A DNA stretch of 64,000 bases. Origin: a virus. The stretch spans positions 1 through 64,000 of IMG/VR virus record IMGVR_UViG_3300031539_000008, one strand, 5' to 3'. Each line of letters opens with the position of its first letter. Position 1 is the first letter of the stretch. Positions 10,073 to 19,069 of this stretch are shown in pieces. Below the pieces are notes generated by a model that worked only from the letters and a program-made list of their open reading frames with translations, did no database searches and was not told the DNA's origin. Both the position numbers and the translations under genes were made by a program.

Positions 10073-10468
10073 CTACAACCGCATAATCCGGCGAAGCGCA
10101 TTGGGATTAGCCTTCTTTTTTGGGTTTCGCTTGGCCACTCTGAGTGCAGGGTGTGACACCACCCCAGTCCAGCCCATGCGCTCGTCCTCGGGAATCACGT
10201 CTCCAATGGCAGACTCAAGACGGTCGCGCAGGGCAATCACCGTATTGGCCTTCCGCTCACCCATGTATCCGTTCTCCCACTGTGCTCGCGCGTGCTCCAT
10301 CACGGCACCGTACAGGCTCGCCATGGCGTTCCGCGATCCAATCAGACGCGTACCTTCGATACGCGTCTCGGGGTGCGTCTCCTGCACACCTTCCAGGTGT
10401 CCCTCAAGCAGATGGTGGACCATCGCCTTGGTGATCGGAACCCGGACCTCCTTCGCATCGCTCGCCAT
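10073..10468 (-). CDS. Hypothetical protein with C-terminal tag (NPNALRRIMRL)
   Basis: Tag; upstream TGGTAGCAT box. Confidence 0.7.
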   Translation of the reverse strand: MASDAKEVRVPITKAMVHHLLEGHLEGVQETHPETRIEGTRLIGSRNAMASLYGAVMEHARAQWENGYMGERKANTVIALRDRLESAIGDVIPEDERMGWTGVVSHPALRVAKRNPKKKANPNALRRIMRL

Positions 10469-10514
10469 GCCCGCATGCTACCACGCGTCCATGCTGGACA
10501 ACATCACCGCAGGA

Positions 10515-11066
10515 CTACGTGTCCTGCGTGATGCCCAGGTCAGCCAGCTCCTGTGGCGTGAGCGGGTTGCCAGATACGGTCACCCGAGGCTTGGGTTCAA
10601 TTTGACCGGCTCGCTTGAAGCGCTCGGCGATGTCTTCCCAATCCTTCGCCGACACGGTCTTGCCAGCCTCCGTGATGTTCGACATGAGAAACCGATAGGC
10701 CCAATCCAGCACGTCGTTCATCTTGGAGATCTGGGCGCTCTCGCGGGACTGCATCATCGCGCTGATGCACGCGGCGAAAACTTGACCCTGGACGAGTGCA
10801 TCCCATGGATTCGGCGTGAGCACCGCCTTGCCACCACACTCGTCGCAAACGCCGGTGACATTCTCGTAGATGGTCCGCTTTTTCGTCCCTGAGCAGATGG
10901 CGCACGTGCCGTAGGAGGCCTGCCCTTGCTCATCGCAGTTATCGCAATCAACCTCGGTCGCAACCTGCTTGGTTCGTACCCCGGAATCACAGGCCCAACA
11001 TTCGGTCTCGAAAAGGCGGATGGCGTACTCGACATGGCCGTCGAGCATTTCCTCGGTCGTGGGCAT
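10515..11066 (-). CDS. DnaJ-type Cys-rich zinc-finger protein
   Basis: Four CxxC motifs, several in CxxCxGx context. Confidence 0.6.
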   Translation of the reverse strand: MPTTEEMLDGHVEYAIRLFETECWACDSGVRTKQVATEVDCDNCDEQGQASYGTCAICSGTKKRTIYENVTGVCDECGGKAVLTPNPWDALVQGQVFAACISAMMQSRESAQISKMNDVLDWAYRFLMSNITEAGKTVSAKDWEDIAERFKRAGQIEPKPRVTVSGNPLTPQELADLGITQDT

Positions 11067-11256
11067 CAGCTAGCCTTGCGCGTGGTTTTCTACGCGCACT
11101 TGTCCGTGGCCGCAAGCCGGGCACACGGGCGCCAGCCACTGCCACTGCATGGAGCAGCGGTCGCAGCAATAGACCACCACGGGCCACATGGGCCTACTGG
11201 TGGGGGCTGGCGGAGTGTGTTTCACCCTTTCAGCCTGCATCAGAAAAGATCCGGCG

Positions 11257-12627
11257 TCAAATTCGCATCAAGCGGTGGAATGCACTTTTGCGTCTTTTGG
11301 TCGCTTTTGTTTCAGGATTCGGCGTTTTGCTACCAGGAGCGTCCAGGTCCGCCCGGCGGAACAGGTCGTCGAACTTGCCGTCCAGGAACACGGCGTGACC
11401 TGGATCGGTGATGACCGTTATCTCGTGGTCCTCGCGTACAACCTGTCCGATGTTTCCGTAGTGAACGTCCGCCAGCACGATGCCGTGCTCCAGGTAGAAG
11501 CCGAATGTCCCTCCCACTGCGTCCGACCCGTAGCTGTGCTCCATCAACTCCGCCGAGATTCGGCACGCATCAAGAAGTGTGGACAGTCGGTGGATGCCCT
11601 TGAGGTGGCCGAGCATGTCTGCGCCTCGGTGCCACCGATTCACGAAGTCCACGGCGTCCTCGTAGTGGTCCAGCTTCTGAGCGTACTGGACGTTGTGCCG
11701 AAACTGCTCCCGACCCTTGCGCTTGCACCAATCACGGATTCGGCCAGCGGCTTCCTGCCACACGATCAGGTGCTTCTGAAACTCCTTCTCTGCTCTCCCC
11801 AGATACTGGGCCTCAGTGGTCCGCTTGCCCTGGACCCACTTGTCCGCACGCTCGCGGTCCCTGGCTGTAAGCAGGTCCCCCGTGCGCGTGGCCTCCTCGC
11901 GCCAAATCGCGTAAAGGGGGCGCCGTCGGTGCGTGCCAGGCAGGCGCATGATGTCGAAGTAGCGGACGATTCCCTCGGGTAGCTCCCCCAGTGAGAGCGC
12001 CGCCACGATGAATCTAGCCTCGGAGTCGTCCGAGGTGATCTTCATCACCACCCCTGGCGTGTGCGTGCGAAAGACCACGCCGTAGTGCCCCTCTCCAAGC
12101 TCCTGGTAGGGGTGGTCTAGGTAGCCCGGCTTCGGCGTGTAGTCCAGCGGCATCCACTTGGCCCCGACCTCCTTCACCATGGCCTCCCAGTTCTTCGCGA
12201 TGGCTTTGTCGGACCACGGTGGGTTGGGCGTCTGAGATTCACGGCGACCATTTGGCCAGTCGGTCACGCGCACGCCCGCCTTGGTGGTGACTCGATCCAT
12301 GGGCCCCGGTCCCCGGACAAAGGGGCGCTCCATGTCGCCCACCCGTCCGAGCTTCTCCTGGCCGGGCTGCTGCACGTAAGACGACGCGCCGCCGCGCCAG
12401 TCCCACTCGCCACCGTGCTCCTTGAGCTTGGCGCGGCGGTCGAGCTTCCGGCTGATGCTGTATCCCACCTTGGCGAGCTTGGCGTCGATGACATTACGGT
12501 CGGGCCTGTTCTCCCATTGGGGCGAGACCTGGAACTCGATCCGCCGGAACGGGTGATTCGGGTGCTTGACTGCGCCGTCCTCGGTCTCGTAGAGGCTCAG
12601 GCGCCACCAGTATTTCCGGCCAGCCAC
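11257..12627 (-). CDS. Protein-kinase-like fold protein with C-terminal tag (FHRLMRI)
   Basis: LGEGHYGVV Gly loop, VMKIT Lys, E helix, LADVHYGNI catalytic loop, TDPG; start uncertain (12627 or 12753). Confidence 0.75.
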   Translation of the reverse strand: MAGRKYWWRLSLYETEDGAVKHPNHPFRRIEFQVSPQWENRPDRNVIDAKLAKVGYSISRKLDRRAKLKEHGGEWDWRGGASSYVQQPGQEKLGRVGDMERPFVRGPGPMDRVTTKAGVRVTDWPNGRRESQTPNPPWSDKAIAKNWEAMVKEVGAKWMPLDYTPKPGYLDHPYQELGEGHYGVVFRTHTPGVVMKITSDDSEARFIVAALSLGELPEGIVRYFDIMRLPGTHRRRPLYAIWREEATRTGDLLTARDRERADKWVQGKRTTEAQYLGRAEKEFQKHLIVWQEAAGRIRDWCKRKGREQFRHNVQYAQKLDHYEDAVDFVNRWHRGADMLGHLKGIHRLSTLLDACRISAELMEHSYGSDAVGGTFGFYLEHGIVLADVHYGNIGQVVREDHEITVITDPGHAVFLDGKFDDLFRRADLDAPGSKTPNPETKATKRRKSAFHRLMRI

Positions 12628-12632
12628 GGCCC

Positions 12633-12642
12633 ATGCTACCAT
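12633..12642. promoter_or_regulatory. Bidirectional extended -10 element
   Basis: TGCTACCAT 6 nt before ATG 12649 (+); TGGTAGCAT 5 nt before GTG 12627 (-). Confidence 0.55.
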
Positions 12643-12648
12643 CGCTCC

Positions 12649-12825
12649 ATGAGCAAGCGGTTGGAGAAGAAACTCCAGTTCGTGGCCCGCGCTTTCGTCT
12701 GGGAGAACCGCTTTCAGAAGACACGCCAGGTCGTCAGACTCGTGCGTGGCCACGTCAACACGGCCAAGGACGCGAAGCAGGCTGTGAGCTTCTGGGCCCG
12801 GCTCCTGCTGCCCAAGACAGACTAG
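12649..12825 (+). CDS. Small basic hypothetical protein
   Basis: ATG 6 nt after TGCTACCAT; fills gap between flanking genes. Confidence 0.4.
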   Translation: MSKRLEKKLQFVARAFVWENRFQKTRQVVRLVRGHVNTAKDAKQAVSFWARLLLPKTD

Positions 12826-13949
12826 CTGAGCCCGAGTCGCCTGCGGAGAGCTGAGCGGGCTCGCTTGTGCGGGTTCTGCCCCGGTCCTCCGCCCGCCCGC
12901 TTCTTGGCCTCCTCCAGCGCCTTGATGGCCACGTCCATCTTCTTGCTCTCTTCGGCCAGCAGCTCCGCCTCCGCCTTGAGGTCCTCCATCGCCTCCTTTT
13001 GCTCCGGAGGGGACATCGTCATCAGCTTCTCGGGCGTGACGCTGACATCGGCACCGAGGCGCTCGTGGATGTCCTTTTGTAGCTTGGTGCGAGCCTTGGT
13101 CAGCGCGTCAGCCACGAGTTGGCGGTCGGCGAACCCGCCAACTACCTCCATGATCTTCGCAGCCGACATCTTCTCCATGTCTGCCAGGCGGACCAGCTCG
13201 CGGTTCTTCTCGGACAAGCTGTCCATGGCCGCCGCGACTGCGCGAGCGATACGGCGGGCACCGAGGCTGTACCCTGCCGTGCCCGTGGCGATTCCAGGAC
13301 TAATGCCAGCGATCTCCTCTTGAATCTTCGCGGTCGGCCTGACCGACTTGGCAAAACGGCCAAGGCGACGCGACCACTGCTTGCAGTTGTTGGTCACAAT
13401 CCTGTACAGCCAGGTGTAGAACTTCGATTTCCCTTGGAAGGAGCTGATCTTTTCGAGCGCGGTGAGGAAGGCGTTTTGCGTCAGATCCTTGGCATTCTGC
13501 TGGTCACCGATGGACCATCCTTTTCGTCCTGCACGCACGCAGTTGAGGGCGATTTGGTAGACCCTGTCGTAGTAGAGGGAGTAGAGCGCGCCAAATGCCT
13601 CCTGGTTGCCTGCCTGAGTTTGACTGACCAGCTCGACGATGGCCTCTTCATCCTCGCGGTCTGGCACTTTGGCCTTGGGATTCGTCCAGAGAATCGGGAC
13701 CGCCAGCATCTCCCGATCCGATCCCATGTCAGCGAGCACTCTGGACTGAAGCTGCGACGCCAATCCCACCGCCTCGTCGAGTAGGTGCACGTCTCCAGAA
13801 TACTGAGCATGCTCAGCAGCCGCGACCGCGTGCTCCAGGGCGTGAAGGCCAGCAGCCGGCGCGCGTAGGCGACTGAGCTTTCTGGCCGACTTGAGGTAGC
13901 TCTTGGCGACGTGCGCATGCACGGGCTGCGTCGGGTTGGTCCGAGCCAT
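12822..13949 (-). CDS. ECF-type sigma-70 factor with N-terminal helical module and C-terminal tag
   Basis: GNQEAFGALY..YYDRVY, DLTQNAF, SFQGKSKFYTWLYRIVTN (region 2); LSEKNRELV...MSAAKI (region 4); ends QNPHKRARSALRRRLGLS. Confidence 0.85.
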   Translation of the reverse strand: MARTNPTQPVHAHVAKSYLKSARKLSRLRAPAAGLHALEHAVAAAEHAQYSGDVHLLDEAVGLASQLQSRVLADMGSDREMLAVPILWTNPKAKVPDREDEEAIVELVSQTQAGNQEAFGALYSLYYDRVYQIALNCVRAGRKGWSIGDQQNAKDLTQNAFLTALEKISSFQGKSKFYTWLYRIVTNNCKQWSRRLGRFAKSVRPTAKIQEEIAGISPGIATGTAGYSLGARRIARAVAAAMDSLSEKNRELVRLADMEKMSAAKIMEVVGGFADRQLVADALTKARTKLQKDIHERLGADVSVTPEKLMTMSPPEQKEAMEDLKAEAELLAEESKKMDVAIKALEEAKKRAGGGPGQNPHKRARSALRRRLGLS

Positions 13950-13956
13950 CGGCGCC

Positions 13957-13966
13957 ATGGTAGCAT
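13957..13966. promoter_or_regulatory. Bidirectional extended -10 element
   Basis: TGGTAGCAT 7 nt before GTG 13974 (+); TGCTACCAT 7 nt before ATG 13949 (-). Confidence 0.6.
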
Positions 13967-13973
13967 CCACAAC

Positions 13974-14981
13974 GTGTTCCTGACGACAGACCAGCCGGAT
14001 GGGGCCCCTTCCGAGACCTACGACTTCGTGGGCAAGTACCGCGGGGGGCACTTCTACATCAAGCTAAAGTCCCCGCCGAACGCGACAACGGCGAGCTATC
14101 GCCTGGACTACAGCAAGGCGCGCAGGGGGAAATGGGGGAGCCACCTCGACTTCCACCTGTTCGCAGAGACCCTCGCACTGGCCATGCGCGAAATGAAGTG
14201 CAGGGCCGATTGGGAGCTGTGGCAGGACGAGTGGGTTGCTTCGGACAGTCTCATCCACCGGGTGGCCAAGAGCAACATCGCGTGGCACATCCACCAAGGA
14301 TACTCCATGGGCCCGTGGGGGTTGGTGGGCATGGCGGAGGAGGCTGACAAATGGTTCAAGCACCTGGAGGTGACCCGCGGCGCGAGCGTGGTCCAGGAGT
14401 GGTGGCGCGCCCTGACATTGGACCAAAAGAGCGCTTTTCTGCGGGACGTTTGGATTTGCGAGGGGAAGGAAGTCGAGGGGCCCGCCGAGCCGTCCCCGCC
14501 ACCGAAAAGGTCCAAGCCGGATTCCGGAAAAAAATCGAAGGCCAAGACGATGCGCCATCGTGTCCGCGTGAAGGCGTCCGACACCCCGATTGTCGACCGC
14601 CTATTCGGCCACTGCAAGAAATGCCGTGTCTGCCTGGCCTACGATGTGAGCCACGGCTGCTGCACGGTCTGCGGACGACAGCTCACCCCCAACCCCGAAG
14701 ATTGGTACAAGGAGTTCATCGGGGACTGGATTCTTTCCCTCTACCCCTGGGGAGGTGCATGGAGATTCGAGCTTTACAACGAGAAAATGGACCAGGAACT
14801 CACCGGCAGCGAGCCCACGCGCTCGCGTGCTCTGGCGGCTGCCCGCCGCATCGTGATGCGCTGGCGGGCGAAGGAGAATCCGCAGCGAAAGAAGGTGGTC
14901 AAGTCACGGAGGTCCCAGACGAAACGCAAGAGGACCGAGAAGGACCGCGCGGATGTCTTCCGAAGGATGATGAAGCTGTGA
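13974..14981 (+). CDS. Multi-module protein (Zn ribbon) with C-terminal tag (VFRRMMKL)
   Basis: CKKC..C/CCTVC; NP motifs; tag. Confidence 0.65.
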   Translation: MFLTTDQPDGAPSETYDFVGKYRGGHFYIKLKSPPNATTASYRLDYSKARRGKWGSHLDFHLFAETLALAMREMKCRADWELWQDEWVASDSLIHRVAKSNIAWHIHQGYSMGPWGLVGMAEEADKWFKHLEVTRGASVVQEWWRALTLDQKSAFLRDVWICEGKEVEGPAEPSPPPKRSKPDSGKKSKAKTMRHRVRVKASDTPIVDRLFGHCKKCRVCLAYDVSHGCCTVCGRQLTPNPEDWYKEFIGDWILSLYPWGGAWRFELYNEKMDQELTGSEPTRSRALAAARRIVMRWRAKENPQRKKVVKSRRSQTKRKRTEKDRADVFRRMMKL

Positions 14982-15535
14982 AGCTGTTTCACATCACCTA
15001 CGAGCGGAATCTGCCCGGCATCGCGCAGGATGGCCTTGTTCCCGGCCACACCTCGCTCTACCCATCCGGACTACACCACCACCTGCGCGGAGCGATCTTC
15101 CTGACCAGCCCAGATGGGGTGTTCTTCTGGTACACGAACTCCGAGGAGGCGATGATTCACGTCTCGGACGATCCGCAGGCAGATGGCTACACGCCAGTGG
15201 TGCTGCGCGTGCCCGAGCCAGAGCATGGCTGCGCGTACGACGAGTTGGGGACCGATGACGCTAACGCGCCTGCGTTTCGCTGTGTCACGTCCATCCCGGC
15301 CAGCAAGATCGAGCTGTGGGATGGTGAGCACTGGCTCCCGATCTCGCAGTACCAGCGTCTCGATACGTCATCGTCCTACGACGAGGACGGCTATTTCTCC
15401 GGGGACTATCCACTGCTGCCGGAGTGGAGGGATATGCAGAAGAAGGCGACGGCCAAACGGGACCAACATGCCAAGCGGTCATCTCCACGTCGAGTGAATC
15501 GCTCGGCAGCCCTGCGCAGAATGATGAAGCTGTGA
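14978..15535 (+). CDS. ADP-ribosyltransferase-like (H-x-T...IFLT) protein with C-terminal tag (ALRRMMKL)
   Basis: LFHITYERNLPGIAQDGLVPG, IFLT, VVLRV, IPASKI pattern of Tpt1/KptA-like ART folds. Confidence 0.6.
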   Translation: MKLFHITYERNLPGIAQDGLVPGHTSLYPSGLHHHLRGAIFLTSPDGVFFWYTNSEEAMIHVSDDPQADGYTPVVLRVPEPEHGCAYDELGTDDANAPAFRCVTSIPASKIELWDGEHWLPISQYQRLDTSSSYDEDGYFSGDYPLLPEWRDMQKKATAKRDQHAKRSSPRRVNRSAALRRMMKL

Positions 15536-16080
15536 GTAGCAAAAATCCATCCGGAAACTACGTCGACAGCGACAGCTACGCCATCCAGCTTTTCATCCCG
15601 CGCCACATCAAGAAGTGGAAGGGGGTGCCGAAGAAGTTTCCGCCTGCGGCACGACATCCAAACAACAAGCCGGCTGGCGCATTTTGGACCTCGACACTGG
15701 CCGGAAATACCTCCGACTGGGACGAGTGGATGAAGGGCGAGATGCCTGAGTGGCGCGGGTCGGAGGGTGTGGTCCTGGGCGTCAAGCCAGGCGCAAGGAT
15801 CAGGCACCTGCGCACCAAGCAACAGGCGGAGGACTTCCTGGACGAGTACGGCGTGGAGACACCGGACTTCCCCTCGCTCCGGTCTGGTGGCGGTGTCTGG
15901 ACCGGCCTGTTTGAGAAGGTCCCCGACTGGCCTCGGGTCTACCGCGACTACGACGCCATGCACATGGAGGGCGCAGCCCTGCGCCATCCTGCCTTCTACG
16001 GGTGGGACGCCGAGAGCACGGGGTGGTGGAACACCAAGCATCTCAAGGACATCGGCCGCGTCGTGTTGGAGGTAGACTGA
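15532..16080 (+). CDS. Phage hypothetical protein (KPxGxFWTS...GWDxES type)
   Basis: Trp-rich conserved-looking motifs; GTGA overlap. Confidence 0.6.
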   Translation: MSSKNPSGNYVDSDSYAIQLFIPRHIKKWKGVPKKFPPAARHPNNKPAGAFWTSTLAGNTSDWDEWMKGEMPEWRGSEGVVLGVKPGARIRHLRTKQQAEDFLDEYGVETPDFPSLRSGGGVWTGLFEKVPDWPRVYRDYDAMHMEGAALRHPAFYGWDAESTGWWNTKHLKDIGRVVLEVD

Positions 16081-16083
16081 ACC

Positions 16084-16257
16084 ATGGCCAACCGCAACGT
16101 GATCATCCTGCTGGCCCTGGCGGGCTTGGGGGCTGCCTCGTTCGGCGTGTCGGCCCTCGCGCAGTCCGAGAAGACGAGTCACGACGCCGCGATGGCCCGA
16201 GAGCTGGCCCTGCTCCGCATGCGCGCAGGCAGGACTCGACGGGCCTTGGGCGCTTAG
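16084..16257 (+). CDS. Small membrane peptide
   Basis: MANRNVIILLALAGLGAASF...RRALGA. Confidence 0.45.
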   Translation: MANRNVIILLALAGLGAASFGVSALAQSEKTSHDAAMARELALLRMRAGRTRRALGA

Positions 16258-16296
16258 GGGTGACAGGCCCCTGGTCGGGACTTACCATCCGCGACG

Positions 16297-16512
16297 ATGG
16301 AAAAGAAACGACCCTCCAGTGACTTCGGGCAGTATGTCTCGATGACCGCTGCCCTATTCATGTTCCGCAAGGAGAAAATCTCCAAGGAGACCGAGGCGGA
16401 GTTGACCGAGGCCCTCGACAGCGTCTGGCGCCGAATGTCCCCCGAGGAGCAGAAAGAGGCTGAGAAGTTTCTCCAGCAAAACGGGGTCTTTGCTCAGGAG
16501 CAGACGAAATGA
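16297..16512 (+). CDS. Hypothetical protein
   Basis: ORF after TACCAT box; ATGA overlap with next gene. Confidence 0.5.
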   Translation: MEKKRPSSDFGQYVSMTAALFMFRKEKISKETEAELTEALDSVWRRMSPEEQKEAEKFLQQNGVFAQEQTK

Positions 16513-17357
16513 AACGGATTTGGCTAGGAAGTCGGCGCATACGGCTCCGTGACGCGCAGAACTACCCATCTCCGGTATGCGACCTGTGCGGCGCGGTCAC
16601 CGAGGGCCTCCCCGTCGAGGGCATCACCCTTGGATACCGTTCGGCCGCGTACGTGCTGGACGGACGCGCGTGGGTCTGCGCGAGCCCGGACTGCATGGAT
16701 GCGTGGAGCGACGCTCTGGAAGCTGACGACGCTGATAGGGCCGCCAGGCGAGGCGCCGTTGACAGCGCGCCGACTGAGACCGAGAGTGCGCCAATGACGG
16801 ACACGCGGATCAGCGACATCAAGCACGACCTTCTATCCTTTGCCGGGGCGGCCACGCGGCGGACCCTGGAGAACGTCTGGACGGAGGGAGGTAGCGTGTA
16901 CGGCGTCGCCAGGAGCGTGGTGACCCGTACGGCATGGGGCGCGGTATGCGGAGCGGCTGGAGCGGGCCTGGGCGCCATGACTGGGTTCCTGATCGGGCCA
17001 CCAGGGCCGCGGGGAGAGATGGACCCCAAGGAGCGTCTGGTCCGCCAGGTGAAGTACAGCCAGATGGTCCGTGACGCGGCACCGATGATCGTGAGCGCCC
17101 TCTCCACCATCGAGTACGAGGCCCGCAAGAAGCTGGAGGAGATGGGCCACTACCCCTGCGAGGAGTGTGGCATCCCTCACGTCAAGGCTCAGCGCCATCA
17201 GATGCCTCCCGGTACCTACTGGGACGTTGAGCGCAACTGCTACCTTCGGCCAGACAATGCAGACTGGAAGCAGGCTGCCTACGAGGCCGCCGCGGAGGAC
17301 GACAGGTGGGAGCTGGAGGACGACGAGGACGACGACTCAGAGGAGCAGGTCCACTAG
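16509..17357 (+). CDS. Hypothetical protein with CxxC motifs and Gly zipper
   Basis: CDLC, CEEC, GAVCGAAGAGLGAMTG. Confidence 0.55.
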   Translation: MKRIWLGSRRIRLRDAQNYPSPVCDLCGAVTEGLPVEGITLGYRSAAYVLDGRAWVCASPDCMDAWSDALEADDADRAARRGAVDSAPTETESAPMTDTRISDIKHDLLSFAGAATRRTLENVWTEGGSVYGVARSVVTRTAWGAVCGAAGAGLGAMTGFLIGPPGPRGEMDPKERLVRQVKYSQMVRDAAPMIVSALSTIEYEARKKLEEMGHYPCEECGIPHVKAQRHQMPPGTYWDVERNCYLRPDNADWKQAAYEAAAEDDRWELEDDEDDDSEEQVH

Positions 17358-19057
17358 GCTGCCATCCCGCCGATTTGCCACTCGACCCAGAACATCCACC
17401 GCGACGCGTTCGTAGTCAGCGCGTTCGCCTCTACGAGTATCTGTGATCCAGATGGGGTGAGGGTCACGAAGACAGTGGGCGGCCAGCTCCCCGTGCCCTG
17501 TACGTTGTTCACGTGGGCAGTCATGGCCGTGGTCGTGGCCAGATTCCTGATGAACACTTGCTCGATAAGGTGGCCAAGTTGGTCAGCCGGATTCGAGGTG
17601 TCCACGGCCGTGGCCCACACCTTGATCTTCACATTCTGACCGTCCACAGTCGGACCCTGGATGGCTACCGCTGTCGAGGCCCCCGTGCCTCCCGAGATCG
17701 CCAGGCCCTTCGTGACTATGCGGTGGTCGCTGCCTGCGAAGCTGCCCGACTGCGTGTCCGTGGAGACGTGCGCCGCGTCGGAGGTCCCCGCACTTTGAGC
17801 GATGAGCTTGACCTTCCCCGTGCCGCCCGAGGCAAATCCAGCTTCCACGGTGGCGTCTCCAGCAAGACCCGTGTTGCTGTTGTTGCCGCCTTTGAGACGC
17901 GCCGTACCGCCGCCACCAGTGGCGTTCGGGTTTGCCGACGTGCCGCAAGCAATATCGATGTCGCCCGTTCCGCTGCCCGCCGAGCTAGTAGTCGAGGTCC
18001 GGTTGCCCGTGACAATCGACACTTTCCCGGTGCGCTCGTTGGTATCGTTGCTGCCGGTGTTCCCAGAGCCGATTGTAACGTCGCCGGTGATCCCGTCTGC
18101 GGCTGTACCCGACCTGAGAAATACGTCCCCGCTGAATCCAGAGACCGTCGCGGCTCCCGAACCAAGGGTCAGGTCTCCCGAGCCGGTGATATTCGAGGTC
18201 GAGTTCGAGTCCCCTGTGAGGACTTGGATCTCGCCGGTCTGCCGGTTGGTACCGGACAGACTTGTGGTGGTCATGAAGATTCGGCCGGTGCGGCCGTTGG
18301 CCGTGCCGCCAGGCTGGCCACCCTGGATAACCAAATCACCCGACGTGCCGCTGCCGCGAGCGTTGCCACCCCGGAGCGTGCAAGACCCGCCTGCGTCGTT
18401 GCCAGAGCCGCTAACGCAGTCTCCGCCGCGGAAGGTCGTGTCTCCGCCCTTGCCCGTAGCCGTGTTGTCGCCGCCGTGGCAGGTCAGGACACCGCCACTG
18501 TTGGCTGCGATGCCTTCACCACCCGCGACCTCGCATTCGCCGCCGATGCCGCCTGTGCCGCCTCGGAACGTGCCCTTCCCGCCCGTGGCGCCGGTGGCGG
18601 CAAGGTTGTCTCCACCCGCCGCAGTGAGTGCGCCGCCGGCTGCACCGTTGCTGGTGCTGACGTTGTTACCGCCCTGGACGAGTAGGGCTCCACCCGCAAA
18701 GCTGCCGGTGCCTGCCGTGTGGTTGCCCGCTCGGATCGTGTAGCTGCCCGCGTTCGCTCCCCCAACGTCGCCACCGATGATGGCGCGGCCGTCATCGATG
18801 ATGGGGTCGTTGGCGCCGGAGTTCGGCCCGGTCGCCAACACAGTCGCCCAGTTCGGCGTCCCGATGAGTCCATCCACGTAGAACTTGGTGGTGAAGTCGT
18901 CGGGCGCCGAAGGTGTGGCACCCTGCATCCGCGCGAACGCAGCCCCCGCGTTGTCCACGACCTGGAGGAAGGCTCCCCCAGTGTCGCGGACGCGGTTCCC
19001 GCCCTTCCCGTACTCCACGGAAGGGCCGATTCCCGAGAGGGTATAGTCGAACGGCAT
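17354..19057 (-). CDS. Gly-rich fibre/spike protein
   Basis: Repetitive GG-x-hydrophobic-x-hydrophobic-x-GG strands; DDFTTKFYVD fibre motif; N-terminus paralogous to 19070-20185. Confidence 0.75.
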   Translation of the reverse strand: MPFDYTLSGIGPSVEYGKGGNRVRDTGGAFLQVVDNAGAAFARMQGATPSAPDDFTTKFYVDGLIGTPNWATVLATGPNSGANDPIIDDGRAIIGGDVGGANAGSYTIRAGNHTAGTGSFAGGALLVQGGNNVSTSNGAAGGALTAAGGDNLAATGATGGKGTFRGGTGGIGGECEVAGGEGIAANSGGVLTCHGGDNTATGKGGDTTFRGGDCVSGSGNDAGGSCTLRGGNARGSGTSGDLVIQGGQPGGTANGRTGRIFMTTTSLSGTNRQTGEIQVLTGDSNSTSNITGSGDLTLGSGAATVSGFSGDVFLRSGTAADGITGDVTIGSGNTGSNDTNERTGKVSIVTGNRTSTTSSAGSGTGDIDIACGTSANPNATGGGGTARLKGGNNSNTGLAGDATVEAGFASGGTGKVKLIAQSAGTSDAAHVSTDTQSGSFAGSDHRIVTKGLAISGGTGASTAVAIQGPTVDGQNVKIKVWATAVDTSNPADQLGHLIEQVFIRNLATTTAMTAHVNNVQGTGSWPPTVFVTLTPSGSQILVEANALTTNASRWMFWVEWQIGGMAA

Positions 19058-19069
19058 GAGCGCTCAGGA

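Noticed and set aside
17513-18743. Long plus-strand ORFs opposite the Gly-rich fibre
   Set aside because: Antisense shadows typical of high-GC repetitive coding DNA
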